In this document: positions 25,900 through 40,496 of the stretch, piece by piece
How the letters are laid out: each line of letters begins with the position of its first letter
How positions within the stretch are numbered: position 1 is the stretch's first letter
Source of the DNA: Geosiphon pyriformis uo1
Taxonomy: Eukaryota; Fungi; Glomeromycota
Reading direction: 5' to 3'
DNA length: 64,000 nt
Assembly: GCA_016748015.1 (NCBI GenBank)
Contig: JAAOMT010000302.1
Location: forward strand, 248,001-312,000
Position numbers and translations under genes: made by a program
The notes under the pieces: generated by a model
The model's database searches: none
The model's input: only the letters and a program-made list of their open reading frames with translations
Told to the model about the DNA's origin: nothing

Positions 25900-26568
25900 A
25901 TGATACTTATTCCAGAAAACATCAACAATATAATTCAACAATTAGTTGAAAGCTTACAACAATTAAAATCTGATCTAGAAATCACAGTTAATAGCTCCAA
26001 AATAACATACATAAAAAGAACAATAGAAAATCCAAAAACAAGAAAAGAACATAATTTCGAACCATATAATATTGCCAAATATAACAACAAATTTATTAGC
26101 AAAGTTATTGAAAAATTAGAGATAGCATTGGGCAATACATTAATAATGGAAGAAATAGAAATAAGTGAATTAACACCAGATACATTTAGCAACTTGAAAA
26201 CGAAATTTCCAATTAATTACTATTATTATCAACTAGGAAAGCACTTGAACATACAAACATTATACTCAAAAGACTCAACTAGAGTGTTTGACAAAACAAC
26301 TATCCAACTATTAGAACCTTTCATTGGAAAAACCAATACTACATTCCATTCAAAAACAGTTTACAGAATTTTCAAAGCATTTGAAAACTGTCACAAATTA
26401 TTGTTGGACCCAACCATAAACATAATAACAACCAACAGTATTGGATGACTTACCAACTTGCAATTTCAAGAATTACAACAACAAATTAATAACACAGTAT
26501 TGAACCACTATAGTAACTTAGAATTTAATGAAGAAATTAACTTCAATTTCGACGGAGCTCAATCTTGA
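25900..26568 (+). pseudogene. Element A ORF3, unknown ~222-aa protein (one internal stop)
   Basis: MILIPENI...YYYYQLGKHL...VYRIF...NFDGAQS*; homologous ORFs in B, D and E. Confidence 0.75.
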
Positions 26569-26578
26569 AAAGAGGGGA
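26567..26578 (+). promoter_or_regulatory. Polypurine tract of A
   Basis: GAAAAGAGGGGA just before the TG of the 3' LTR. Confidence 0.85.
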
Positions 26579-26581
26579 TAA

Positions 26582-28163
26582 TGTTACGGTTTAAAAATTT
26601 ACCAAAAAGAATCATAAAAATAATACAAACTATTCAATCATAATATAGCACAGTAATAATCTTAGAAAGGTAATGATTAACATAGTAGTAAACACCATNN
26701 NNNNNNNNNNNNNNNNNNNNNNNNNNNNNNNNNNNNNNNNNNNNNNNNGAACTTTAGAAAACAAAAAAAGAAAAGCAGCACAAAATATTGAACAATCACA
26801 AGAACAACAAAAAGTGAGACATGATAACCAGTTACCAGATAATAATTAGCTACAAAATTGGAGATAAAGTATTGTTGCATCGTACAAAAATAGAAAAACA
26901 GTGGAGTGAAAAATTTGATCACAAGTGGGATGGACCATTTTATATTCACGAAATACTTAGAAATAGAGCATACAAGCTAAGACTAGATGATAAAATATTA
27001 AGAAAAGCAGCACATGGTAACCAGCTGAAATTCTATTACAGTAAACCAGTAATAACAACAAAAACACCCAGAATTGGAACACAATTACCTTTAATTCTAC
27101 CAGAACAAATTCCACGAGATTTAGAACCAATAGTTTTAATTGAACATTATTCGAAAAGATAATTAATCTTAGATCACAGCAAAAATGATTTAACAACCAT
27201 AAAAATGCATGCAAAAGATTCCAAAATAACAGTCAAAATTAAAACAATGATACTTATTNNNNNNNNNNNNNNNNNNNNNNNNNNNNNNNNNNNNNNNNNN
27301 NNNNNNNNNNNNNNNNNNNNNNNNNNNNNNNNNNNNNNNNNNNNNNNNNNNNNNNNNNNNNNNNNNNNNNNNNNNNNNNNNNNNNNNNNNNNNNNNNNNN
27401 NNNNNNNNNNNNNNNNNNNNNNNNNNNNNNNNNNNNNNNNNNNNNNNNNNNNNNNNNNNNNNNNNNNNNNNNNNNNNNNNNNNNNNNNNNNNNNNNNNNN
27501 NNNNNNNNNNNNNNNNNNNNNNNNNNNNNNNNNNNNNNNNNNNNNNNNNNNNNNNNNNNNNNNNNNNNNNNNNNNNNNNNNNNNNNNNNNNNNNNNNNNN
27601 NNNNNNNNNNNNNNNNNNNNNNNNNNNNNNNNNNNNNNNNNNNNNNNNNNNNNNNNNNNNNNNNNNNNNNNNNNNNNNNNNNNNNNNNNNNNNNNNNNNN
27701 NNNNNNNNNNNNNNNNNNNNNNNNTATTAAGAAACTTACTTGTATTATTTATTGAATGAAACTATCATTCATCAACTGAATCCCTTGGAAGAATAATTCT
27801 TGATCAAGATTATTCACGTTGTTACTAATTGATAAAAGCTTTATTGTGAGAATTAGAAAAGCACTAAAAACCATTAACATTCTGTGTTTCTAGATTAGAG
27901 AAACACATTAGGTAATTGCAAGGATAGCCTCAGAGAAGACCCCAGACAGTGGGTAGATTTCAGTTCAGCCTCTGAGAAGGAGTACATAAACACACACAAC
28001 AATCAAGAATTAAAGAATAACTTACATCGCAACAGTAAAAAGAAAGCCTTCAGTGTAACAGTGACATTATCACACAAATAGAATTGAGGAACTCACGAAA
28101 GACTGATTGCAATTAAAGCGGGATATCAGCAATTAAATATAACAAGAAAACTATCCTGTAACA
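26582..28163 (+). repeat. 3' LTR of element A (interrupted by N gaps and a misplaced internal duplicate)
   Basis: Both ends match the 5' LTR; ends TGTAACA followed by GCAT. Confidence 0.88.
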
Positions 28164-29289
28164 GCATAAAAAAGAAAATAAAAAAAAGAGTAATATATAA
28201 AAAAAAATTAACTGCTTACTATAAAACTATAATAAAAAGTTGGTTTAGTGTTGAATTAATACTTTTTTGAGCTAACAAAAAAACTGTATATATAACTAAA
28301 TTATATTAGATTTACATATTATATTAAAACTATTTAAATATATTAATTATTTATATAATTTAATTTAATCAATTTATAATAGACTTATTTAGCATATTAT
28401 TTTTTCAAGAGCTAATAATTTTAGATGATTAAATTTAGATGGCTAGATTTAGAACATTGATTGTAACTTAATAATATCAATTGTAATTATAATTAACATA
28501 ATTAGAAATAAATTAGTTTATTATATTTCTTAGTAATTATTTTTAATCATTAATTATAAATCTGAAATATTGAATTGTTTTAATAAAAATATATAAGAAT
28601 TTTAGAATATAACAAAACCTGTTGTTATTAGATTATATGTGTTAATTATTTATTTTTATTGATGTTTTTTAGTTTGCCAAGATTTTTTTGTATTAATTTA
28701 GTTAAACTGTTAGATTGTGTCATATTTTTTTGTTGTAATTAGACTAATTACTAGTTATTATTTTCAAATTGCTAACTGATTTTTTTAATTAAATGTGATA
28801 ATGTAAGTTTTTTTTACATGATTTTAATGCTAATTTTCATTGTATGTATTGTAATTTTTGTATTGAAAAACATAAAAATCTTCTAATAACAACAGTTTGT
28901 AATTTATTTTTAATTATATATTATTATTTTATATATTTAGTAAGAGACTTTTTATTTGTTTTAAAAAAATATTTTAGATTTAAACAAGTTATATTTAGTA
29001 AAAAATTATGTTAAAAAACAGGTTTTTATTATTAAACTTATTTTTTTTGTTTTTGTTAATATTTTTTTAAATTTTGGTTTGTTTTTAATTATAAATTTTT
29101 TTTGTTAATTAATAGTAATATTTTTATTAATATAAATAACAAAATATTTTCTTTTTATTGTTTTAAATTCCTAAAAAAGTTTAAAATTTAAAAAAAGTTT
29201 TTGCTGCCTTTATTCTCTTTTGATATTTAGTTAAATACTTTCAAATCTTTTCTGTTTGAATACAAGACTGTTAACAGTGGTGACATTTT

Positions 29290-29956
29290 TGTTATGAAAG
29301 AGTTCAAGAAGAAGTTACTTTTTGGTCCTGCTGTTGTTAACTCTTCTGCTAAAAAAAATGCAAAGATGGTTTATTAAAGAAACTTATTGTTGTGTTTAAT
29401 GCTTTTGTTAGTGGTGCTTCTGGTAATTTGGCCAGATATAAGAATAAGAACACTATTGAATCAAATAATGTAGATATAAAAAAAGAGTATTTGGTAAAGG
29501 AGATAAGTTTTTGACAGAAGAGTAAAGGAGACTCCAATAATAATAATGCTAATATAACATCTAAAGAACCAAAAAGAATGGTTATGAAATGTGTTCTTAG
29601 AAAGTCTTTGAGTAAACTTAATTTCGATATGGATGATGATAATAACAGTAATGTTTTGGATGAATTTCTTTTGCTTCTCTCTCTTCTACCTCTCAAACCT
29701 ATGATTTAAGTTTTAATTAAGAAGTTTTTTGCTCTAAATATTGATTTTGTAGTGGTAACTGGTAAATTTTCTTAAGATAAGTTGAATTTTATCAGAAAAA
29801 TCTTCTCTAGTATAAATAGTTTTGAGAAAGTATTTATCTTCTCAATGATTAGAGTATTGTAATAAATACAAATTTTAAGTATTTAATCAATATTTGAACA
29901 AATCAGACTATTATATTAAAAAAAAATTTGTGAGAACATCTATTGAAACTGTGCAT
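29290..29956 (+). pseudogene. Degenerate coding relic, possibly ORF1 of a non-LTR retrotransposon; target of element C
   Basis: Decayed frame (KKFFALNIDFVVVTGKFS*DKLNFIRKIFSSINSF...VINTNFK...RTSIETVH) resembles, from recall only, repeat-derived proteins of glomeromycotan genomes; unverified. Confidence 0.4.
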
Positions 29957-31347
29957 TATTACTCATAGAATATAAGAATTATATATTAGTACATAAATTA
30001 ATTAATCAGAATAGACATAGTAAAAGTAGAATTCTAGGATTTTTTTTAGAGAAATTACATAATTCCAAAATTATAGAATTTCCATATGAGAAATTGTAGG
30101 ATTCCAGAATTTCCAAATTCTTTTTTAAGAATTATAAGATTCCAAGAATTCCAAGATTTCTGGCTAAAGAATTGAAAAATTCAAAAAATTTTGTATAATA
30201 AAATTTATGTATATATAATAGTAGTATTAAAAGCAGAAAAAACAGAATCCTTAATTTAAAATTTTTAGCTCTAATTTCATATTTATTTTTTCATACAATA
30301 GTATTTTATAACTTAAAATAAGAACATCAAATATTAATAAAAATATTTATTACTATTATAATCCATCTTTTTACTATCAACAATTTATGTTAATAATTGC
30401 CAATACTTAACTATTCTAGACCAATAGCTCTTGATTATAGCTATTAATAAGATACTGTTACTTATAGAAAGAAAAACAGATATAAAAAATAGTAGACCAA
30501 TAAGAAAGTAGTAGTTAGCACATAAGCACATTGCTCAGCAATGTGGAGCAATATCAAAAATTATGGTACATTGCTCAAGAAATTATAACACATTGCTTGA
30601 GAATGTGAGTGATTTCATAGAACATCAATTATATATATATAGTAGTAGTATTAAAAGAAGAAAAGACAGACCTCTCTATTTATATTTAATCTAAGCAACC
30701 TTCTATATTACAAATATCAATAAATTATTATTTAATATCTCAAATCCACTCCTCACTATTAACATGAAATGTTGATAGTAATTGATCCTTAACCACACTG
30801 GAACAATAGCTCTTGATCACAGCTATTAATAGGATACTAACATTTATTGTCTTGGCTTATTTTTTTATTTTTTTTTATTTTTATTTTATTTTATTTTGAT
30901 TTGTTATTTCTTGTTGTTGACTAATTGATTAAAGAGTAAAAGCGCTGAATTATTGACATCAAGGATAGCCTGATAAAAGACCCAGAAATAAGGGTAGAAT
31001 TACATATATATTAACAGATAGCTTACCAAAAGGACATGACTGCCAGAATAAATCTGGCTGCCAAGTTGAAAAAAAAATTGAACAGAATTGCAATTCCAAA
31101 AAACTATTACAGTTATCACTAAATCTCTGTCCATTATACAAAAAACTCCACAACAAAACCTTCAAACCAACCAAAATCTTCAGATTATGAAAACCTTCAG
31201 AAAATCAACACCCATTATTAATTCAATTAAGTACCAAGTTATGGGTTTGTTATTTGTTTGAAACACCAAATAAATACTTGTAATATTTGGTGCTCTCTGT
31301 GAAGTATAATTCTACAGAAAACCAGCATCAACAACAAGTAACCAAAA

Positions 31348-34300
31348 GTGGCAAAACCAGAAAAAATAAAAACAAACCATTTAGGATTTGCCAAATTCTT
31401 GTTTTAGCATTATTGTCAACACTTGGAATTAACCAACAACCACCTATCAGCAGAATCAGTTTTTAATTTCTATGTCAACGAGAAAATTTTATATTTGCTA
31501 AGAGTACCAGTAGAAACCAATTCAGCCAGAGAAAATTTCTATAACAAATTAATCCAAAATACCAGCCTACCAGCAAATTATAATTTCACAGCAATCCTTA
31601 CTAAAATCAACAAAAAAATTGAACATTACACTCAACAAAGATATCCAATTATCTATACAAACAAAAACAAAGGAAAACTACAAACACCAGCAGTAACATT
31701 ACAAAAAATACAACCACTTACTTAAAAGAAAACAAAAATAGAATCTCCTATCAATCCATCATACCATTATACACCCAGAAGCACCATCAATATCTTATTA
31801 GCAGACATGTCCATATCAAATATGACATCAACATTTGGACAACTTTTATTTCAAAGTAAACAAAAGAAAACAGAATTACTAGGAACCTATAGCAATTACT
31901 TCAAAAGATTCAAATCATGATTGCCAATACTATCAGGATTCCGATAACTGCCATCTCCACCAGATTTCAGAACTGCAAGTCTTTGGGAGATAATGGTATC
32001 AGAAAAAGAGGAAGAAAAGGATTAAGAATTTAATTATCAAAATTCAATTGCAAAAAATCCAGAAGTTGAAACCCTGAATATTCAAACCCAGCAAACTTCA
32101 AATAATTCAAACTCCAAGTTAATTAATCGGCAAAACTTATCTTCAGTAATCATTATCAATCAACAACCAATTGATCCAATTGCTGAACAACTTCAACAGC
32201 TGCCAATATTACTCCAACAATTACCCCTTTAACCATTACAACAACCAAACTTGGATTTAATAGTCTATGCCCTAATAGCAAAGCTCGAAAAGTTCATGGG
32301 AGAAGAAGATGATGTCCAAGTGTGGCTGAACAATGTTGAAAAAACCATTGCAGTCAATAGATGAAATAATGCCAGAGCCATATAAGCCATCTCATATTTT
32401 ATCCAAAATACTGCCAACTCTTAATATCAAAGCTTAATTCACAAACCTCAGGATTTCAATGCATTCAAGCTTGTATTTCTGCAATATTTCAGTAATAATA
32501 ATAGCATCAACCAATTGGTCAACACTTTCACCACCATTAAGCAAGGAGAAAATGAAGCAGTCACTACTTACTTAGGACACTTTCACAGAAATCTGCACCA
32601 AATTCAGGCCATACAGGCTGATTATTTCACAGCACCACAAATCCTAAACCAATTCATTAAAGATCTGCACAGTAGCATTCTTCGCATTCAGCAGACTTTC
32701 AAGCCACTATTACAAATGCCAGAGATTTTGAAACAGCTGAATTCAAAGCTAATCACATCCAAGCTGTAAATCTAGTGATGAATAGATCATCTGACTTAGA
32801 TTTCAAATTGAAGCAATTCAGTGAATTCATTAATCAGAAATTAGAAGGATACTTAGCTAACAACAATTAGGCAATTTATCAACCTCTACAATGATGCAAT
32901 AATTAAGAAAACCCCAATTGTTTCCAAAATCCATTGCATCTATCATCATTGACCAATCAACAGTGACAACAAGAAACATGTGCTTGCTATTATTGTGGTA
33001 AACAAGAACATCTACAAATTAACTGCTGTCATTGATTAAATAATCAATGATCAGGAAATCAATATTGAAACCCTGATCACTGGTTTCAAACTCTGAGTTA
33101 CCAATCCAACCCAGCACCATATCAACCGAATTACTTATTCATGACACAGCAGCCAATTTATCAACTCTCAATTTATCAGCCACTAGTAATCATAGTCTAT
33201 TAACAGCAGCCACAACCTATCTATTAGCCACAGCCCCAAGTAATATATCAACTCCAACAAATTTCTACACCATCACTAAACTTAGCTCAGATAACATTAA
33301 GAAATTCTAGATCAAGAGTCACTCAAAACTGGAGATCGGTAATGGTTGTCTACTAACTGATTGCCAGTTCTTCCAACCAGCCATTGAAATTACACTAGCA
33401 GAGTTCAGAAACTGAGTACACCCAAAATCCAAGTTTCCAAAACTATTTAAGTCTCCTGGTAACTCCAGAAGATACCACATCTCAGAACTTGAAAATCAAA
33501 CAAAAGCAGCCACTTATCAACAATATCCTACCAGCAACTATTACTAAGGACAAATTACTTACCACTATTTTTTCTTTTGAATTCAAGAAACCAGTCAAAA
33601 AACCACTATTCAATGAAGCTATTCTAGAATCAAAACCCATTACTGTGATATATACAAATGCTAAAATTGATGAGCAGCACATTAAACTGATTCTAGACAA
33701 TGGATCAGCTGGCAGCATCATCACATGACAACTCATGGATCAATTAGGTTGCTGAATTGATTGCACTGCCAGTACACAAATAATCATGGCTGATAGGACA
33801 ATGAAAACTCCAATTAGTAAAATAGATGACTTCCTATTTGAAGTTAATAGTATCATAATACTAATCAAGGTATTAATAATAGAAACAACTTAATATCAAG
33901 CTCTTATTGGAAATGACTGGCTGTTCAAAACCAACATAATATTTAATTGAAACATCCAAGAACAACAGCTTAATCAAAACAGCCACCACATATGTGTGCC
34001 AACCACTTGTGGTCATTTCAAGACCACTACCAATAACAAGCTGCTCATTGAATTGGAAGAAAAAGAAAAAAAACTTACCTGGGAAGCTTACCAAGTGTTA
34101 TAAGTTGATAATGACTACAATGAATTACTACCAATATTCTCTTAGGATAACAAAAGAAAGGAAAGGAAAGAAAGAAAAACATGTCTGGAAAACTAACCAA
34201 GAATCTTGGACTAATGACAACCAAGCTGAGCCATCACCAATTTGGACTTGGGAGAAAAAAGAAAAAGAGAAGGAAAAAGAAGAACCAGCTCCAACCACCA

Positions 34301-37300
34301 CTTCAACACATATTCCTTATACTACACTCTAAATCCAAACAAATTACAGATGACCCAAACTTGTATGCATCAATTGTGGCAAAAAATTGTCATTAATGGG
34401 TACATGTTGTGGTAACAATAAGAAATATGCAATGGCAACAAAATTTTATTGTCATCCATGTGTTCTAGAATGCTTTGGATGACCAAAATGGCAAAGAAAA
34501 TAGGACAACAAACTATGCTTGGCTTACAGCAAAACTCTTCTCAATAAAAAAATATGAAACAACATTCCTGGAAGAAGAAGAACATGTGACAAATTGTGTT
34601 AGTACACAATTCTAATAAGTAACAGAGTAAAAAAAAAAACATTAATAAAAACAGCCTGGAGAAAAACAGTAAAATATTTGAATAGATGTCCACATAATGA
34701 TGATGAAATCTGGTGAATAGCACTTGCCAAAATCAAAAAAGTGTTACCAGAAGAAATAAGAACAATCAAAAACAATTCACCAGAACTCATAGAACTTAAC
34801 TGGGGCCCAAACCCAGATATTATCCTAGAGTCTATGGACCCAGAACAATTCTACAAGCACTACCAAGAATTAGCACCTACTTGGAAAAAACAAAAACAGT
34901 GTTTGGAAGAAATAAACACTTAATTATGTGACCACTGTTTGATCCTATGTGACTTCCAGTATTGTAATAAATGTGATCTCATCTACAACCCACCATTATG
35001 CATGATCTACACGATTCCAGAGGAAGACAAACTAATTAGCAGCTGCACATTAGAATCAAAATCAACTTTCAATCTTGATTCAAACTTTGATAACAATGAC
35101 AATGATAACAATGGTTCCAGCTTCATTCAAATGGGCAATAGCAATGACAGTGATTCAAACTCAAATTCAAACTCTGAACAATATATTATTTTTACTGATT
35201 TCACCAAGAAACAGGAACTAAAATGGTTCAGCAATAATGATGAAAATATTATGTTAGAACATGTGCATGATATTGATGCCAGGTTTAATTTGAGATATCC
35301 AAAGAAAAATGCTATCAAATTGGAACCACATTCATGCACATACATTGATCTCAAAGTAGCATTGGAAATCCCAGCAACAACAATAGTTCAATTAGCATTT
35401 AGAAATAGTTTAGCAAAAAAGAAAATTAGCATCAGAGAAAGAATAATTGATACAGAATATATAAGAAATATCATTGCAATACTACAAAATGACTTAGAAA
35501 AGACCTATATTATAGAGCCAAATAAAAAGATAGCACAGGCAATATTCTTGCCTTTGGTTAAAATAGTTCAATTAATACCAGTAAAAAACAAAAAAAAATT
35601 AGAGATTACAATTAAAGAGATACAGAGTTTCAGATCCATGAGTAGAATAGATGTACCAGTTAATATGGCAGAGGAAAAAATTGTTGACAAGAGAGAAATT
35701 ATTTTCATTCATCAATCAATTTCCATTCCATTATATGACCAATACATGATAACTATAGAGAGAAAAGTAAAAAATCAGGTTCAAATTTTTGAGGCAGAAG
35801 CAACATTTTGCAAATTAGGAGAAATTAGATTAGTTAATTTATACATACCAGCCAAGAATCACAGTTACATTAAAATCCCTATTTACAACAACACAAGAAA
35901 TGTCATCAAAATACCAAAAGAAACTACCATTGAATACTTAACCACCGAAATTGAAGACCAATTACCAAATACCATTCCAGATTTTCCACAACTGTGTGGA
36001 TATGTAGATATCACATCTTAAACAATATATGAACAAGAAGAATATTATTTGCTTCAACCAGAACAATTGGAACAGATAAACATGAGAAATCTAGATCCAT
36101 TACAACATATGCAGCTTAAGATGTTACTTAACAACTTCAATGACATCTTTGCCAGCAAAAACAAATTTGGCAGAACTAACATCATTCAACATCAAATAAA
36201 AACTGGAGATATAATGTCAATTAAACAAAGAATATACAGAGTACCACCAGCCAGCCATGAGATCATTCATCAAGAATTCAATTAGATGCTTGACAATGGG
36301 TTAATTCAGCTATTAATAAGTCTATGGTCATTACCAGTAGTACTAGTTCATAAAAAAAATGAAAAAATCTGCTTTTGTGTAGATTACTGGAAACTGAATG
36401 GAATAACCAAAGAAGATAGTTACCCAACACCAAAAATCCAAGAGCTATTTAATGCTTTTGGAGGAAAAAAATGGTTTTCAACTTTAGACTTAGACAGTAG
36501 ATATTGGCAAGTTACCATAAAACCAGAAGATAAGGAGAAAACAGCTTTCACAACTCAAGAAGAAAATTTCAAATTTGAAGTTATGCCATTTGGTTTGATA
36601 AATGCTTCCACCACATTTCAACAACTCATAGAAATTGTCTATACTGAACTACTATGGAAATTAGTAGTTGTATACTTGAATAACACCAATGTGTTCTTAA
36701 AGACATTTGATAATTATTTGCATTATTTCCAACAAGTATTTGAAAGACTTAGACAAGCAGAATTGAAATTAAATACAAACAAATGTTTCTTTGGCAAAAC
36801 AAAACTCAAATTTTTGGAATATGTTGTGAGCAAAGATGATATCAAAACAGATCCAGATAAGATTGAAATTGTTAAAAACTTTTCAGTACCAAATAATCTC
36901 ACAAAATTAAGAACATTCTTGGAATTTGCTGAATACTACTGCCATTTCATCAAAAACTTTTCCAAACTAGCTCAGCCATTACACTAGCTTCAAACAAAAA
37001 ACACCAGATATAAATAGACAGAAACTCAACAAGAAGCTTTTAATATATTAAGAAAAAAGCTTATTCAAACTCTAGTACTGATCTATCCAGATCATAGCAA
37101 GCCATTCATAATCACAACAGATGCATTTAATCAAGCATTAGGAACAGTATTATCTCAGAAAAAACCAGATAGACGAAAACACCTAGTAACTTATGCCAAT
37201 AGAAATTTAAGTCCAGCTAAAAAAACTATGAAACTCTAACACTAGAACACTTAGCTATCTATTGGGCTGTCATCAAATAGAAAAAATACTTGAGTTAAAA

Positions 37301-37475
37301 GTTTGATGTATACACTGATTACAAAGAATTGACTTTAATCCAGAAACAAAAATTTGGAGACAATTACCATGCCAGATAAAAAATAGAACTTTTACCATTT
37401 AACTATACAGTACATTATAAAAAAGAAAAAAAAAATGGAAATACTGACAGTTTGTCACAAATGAGACAAATTTAA
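31348..37475 (+). pseudogene. Element B gag-pol with Cys-rich domain and dUTPase
   Basis: IAKLEKF, LILDNGSAGS, HDIDARFNL...KIAQAIF, RT with YLNN, RNase H ending SLSQMRQI*. Confidence 0.9.
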
Positions 37476-37506
37476 GAACATTTCAATCCAAAAATATAAC
37501 AAAAAG

Positions 37507-38889
37507 ATGAATATACAAAAATATTAACAACTTCAACATTATATAAATACCCAATTGTTCAAGAAAAAATTATCTTAAAAAGAACAAAACAATATAAAAC
37601 AACAATCAAAATATTTTATCAACCATCAAAATATACTTTACTAAAAAAACAAAAGAAATTCAAATCAACCAACCAGAGTAATTACAGAACCAGAAAAAGA
37701 AACAATATTATTCAACATGTACTCAAATCTAACAGCAGGACATTTTCATAAAAAAACAACCATAGAAAGAACCAGGAAAAGATACTATTGGCCATTAATG
37801 TATTCAGACATCATTCAATATGTTCAAAATTGTGATGCTTGTCAGAGAAGAGGAGGAACAAGACCCAGTAAACCATTAAGACCAATCAAAGTGAGACAGC
37901 TATTTAATCGCATTGGAATTAACTTAGTCAGACTATTAATCATAACCAGCAGAGACAACAGATATATTGCAGTAGCCATGGACTATCTTACCAAATGGCC
38001 AGAAGCAAAAGCCATTCAAAGAACAGATGCAAAATCTATTGTTGAATTTGTTTATTAAGATTTAATCTGTCAATATAGATGTTCAAAAGAACTATTATCA
38101 GATCAAGAAACTCACTTTGTAAATAGAACATTAGCAGAACTAAGTCAAAAATTTGGAATCAAAAGACCATTATTATCACCATACCATTTACAAACATATG
38201 GGTTAGTTAAAAGATTCAACAGAACACTGTGTGAAGCAATAGCCAAGATCAGCCAAGAAAACCAGGACAAATAAAATTTGTTTATACCATCAGTATTATT
38301 TGCTTACAGAACAATGAAGCAAGACACTATATAAGCAACACTATTTGAATTAGTATATGGTAGAACAGCAACATTACCAGTTGAGATAGAAGTCAAAACT
38401 TATCTAACAGAACCAATAACAGAAGAAAATTTTCAAAGAACATTGTTGAAAAGAACATATAACTTAATGAAAACACTAGAAAACAAATGGCAAAAAACAG
38501 CTAATAACATCCAAAAGTCACAAGAAAAACAAAAAAAAAGACATGATAATTAACTACTAGATAAACCAGTTGAATTTAAGATTGAAGACAAAGTACTTTT
38601 ACATCATACCAAAGCAGAAAAACAATGAAATGAAAAATTTGACTCCAAATGAGACAAACCATTTCACATAAAAGAAATTCTAGGAAATGGAGCTTATAAA
38701 TTAAGATAGAACAACAAAATCTTAGCCAAAGCAGCACATGGTGATTGACTGAAACCATATTATCATATAATATTATCATCCACCAGTAATATTCCACAAT
38801 TAGGAGTACAGAGACTACTAGTTCAATCAGATAAGATTCCACAAGATCTGGAACCAATCATAGTTATTGAACCAAACATGTCAAGTTAA
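37507..38889 (+). pseudogene. Element B stand-alone integrase
   Basis: GHFH...CDACQRR, MDYLTKWPEA, tail IPQDLEPIIVIEP. Confidence 0.88.
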
Positions 38890-40496
38890 ACAACCAAAAG
38901 AGTATATAATAACATGGTATATGTAACAAAAGCAACAAAAAAAAATGTAAATACCAGATTATATTCACACCTTAACTTAACAATTGTTTCAGACTTTAAG
39001 TCAACAACAAGTAAACATAGAAATTATTATCAACAACCAAACAATCTGTTATCAAAACACCAAACAAAAAGGGAAAAGTATATCATACCAACAACCACAG
39101 AAACAATTAATAAACTGGTTAGATAAAATAGTAGAGAAAGTAAAAAACACTTTTGGAAAGATAAACATCATAGTTCTAACAGAAAAACTGGCAAAAAAAA
39201 ATTAAAACAAATGGATAGACCAATTTCTAATACCATACTACTACTATTAACTAGGATGAAAAGTAGATATTCAAAAGTTATATCTTAATAAATCCAAAAG
39301 AATCTTCAATTAAAAAATAGTTTGGAACATTGAAAACATTATTAGAAAAAAAACAAACTTGACATTACACATCAAAACCATTTATTGACTACACACTAAA
39401 TTTCAAAACTATCCAGAAGTATTATTACACTCTGACATGGAAACAATAACCATCAACCAATAGAAAAGAATAAACAACTCATAAATTGAAGAAATAAAGA
39501 ATAGAGTGGAACAGATACTGTTACCAGAGGTTTTTGGTTTCTTTTCTTAAATGTTGTTGATGCCTGTTTGTTGTGAATTCACATTTTCTGGATGTGGTTG
39601 AACCTTCAGTAACTGAATTTACCTTTAAATTATCTCTTATAATTTGAACTGCTGGGCTTATAAGTGGAATGGCCAATTCCATGCCAGTTACTTGTGTAGT
39701 TACGTTGTAGTAAACATCAACTCTTTCCCAGGAATTGCTTGTCTGAAAGCTCACTAAAAATGTGTAGTTACTTTGCTGTAAAAGTCAATTCTTCTACAAG
39801 AATCTCGTCTGTAAGCTACCTAAATAATGATAATAAGAAAAGAAAAGAAAAATAAAAGAAATGTAACAGAAATAGGATTTTTTTATCAAGAGAAACGTTT
39901 TTTATTCAGGCCTGGAGTCACTAACAGTTTACTGAAATTGGTAGCTAATCAATTTCAAAACGTTAGTTGGGTTTTGGGAATTTTCAAGTGCAATAATTAA
40001 GGAAGTTGATTTTTAAATTATTTGATTTTTTTTTTTATTTCATTTTTATGAGAACGATTCCAATTAATAAGTCTTTAGTAAGATATTTAAAAGTAAAGGA
40101 TACATTTTCTTGAAGAGAGAAGCTCTTCTTTTATACAACTTGTTATAGTACTAGTCTATGAACTTGAACTATTTTCTTTACTATGGTTTTGACAAACTAA
40201 AGATACCTTTCGGTAAACTTACAAGTTATTTCTACAAACTATTGAATATTTCGGTGAATTTCTACAAATTTTGGCAAACTCTTAAATATTAAATAATTCA
40301 GGGTATTGTGTAATTTGATCATCCTAATTTCTATAGTACAAATTGGGTTATTAATTAATTAATAATATTTGATAATTTGATTAAATAATAAGTGATAATT
40401 TGAATGATAATATATGCTAATTTAATGGTAGAAATTATAAGAGTAATATTATGTTAATTAATATCTCAAGTTTTGGTTGGTAACATAACCTCTTCC

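Larger units (their letters stand above)
17760..28163 (+). mobile_element. Ty3/Gypsy LTR retrotransposon A (full length, decayed)
   Basis: Paired LTRs TGTTAC...GTAA(C/T)A, GCAT TSD (17756-17759 / 28164-28167), PBS, PPT, domain order gag-PR-dUTPase-RT-RH, IN. Confidence 0.96.

Noticed and set aside
25858-26568. ORF3 as an envelope gene
   Set aside because: No signal peptide, furin site or transmembrane segment visible
26749-27258. Second copy of the integrase tail/ORF3 start (duplicate of 25402-25911) inside A's 3' LTR
   Set aside because: Near-identical (one difference seen) and bounded by N gaps on both sides; most likely a scaffolding artefact rather than a real duplication
30968-31000. 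Hammerhead-ribozyme-like CTGATAA-stem-GAA in LTR B
   Set aside because: The CUGANGA and GAAA cores are absent in the sister LTR (CTGGTAA) and in A and C; no stems I/III found
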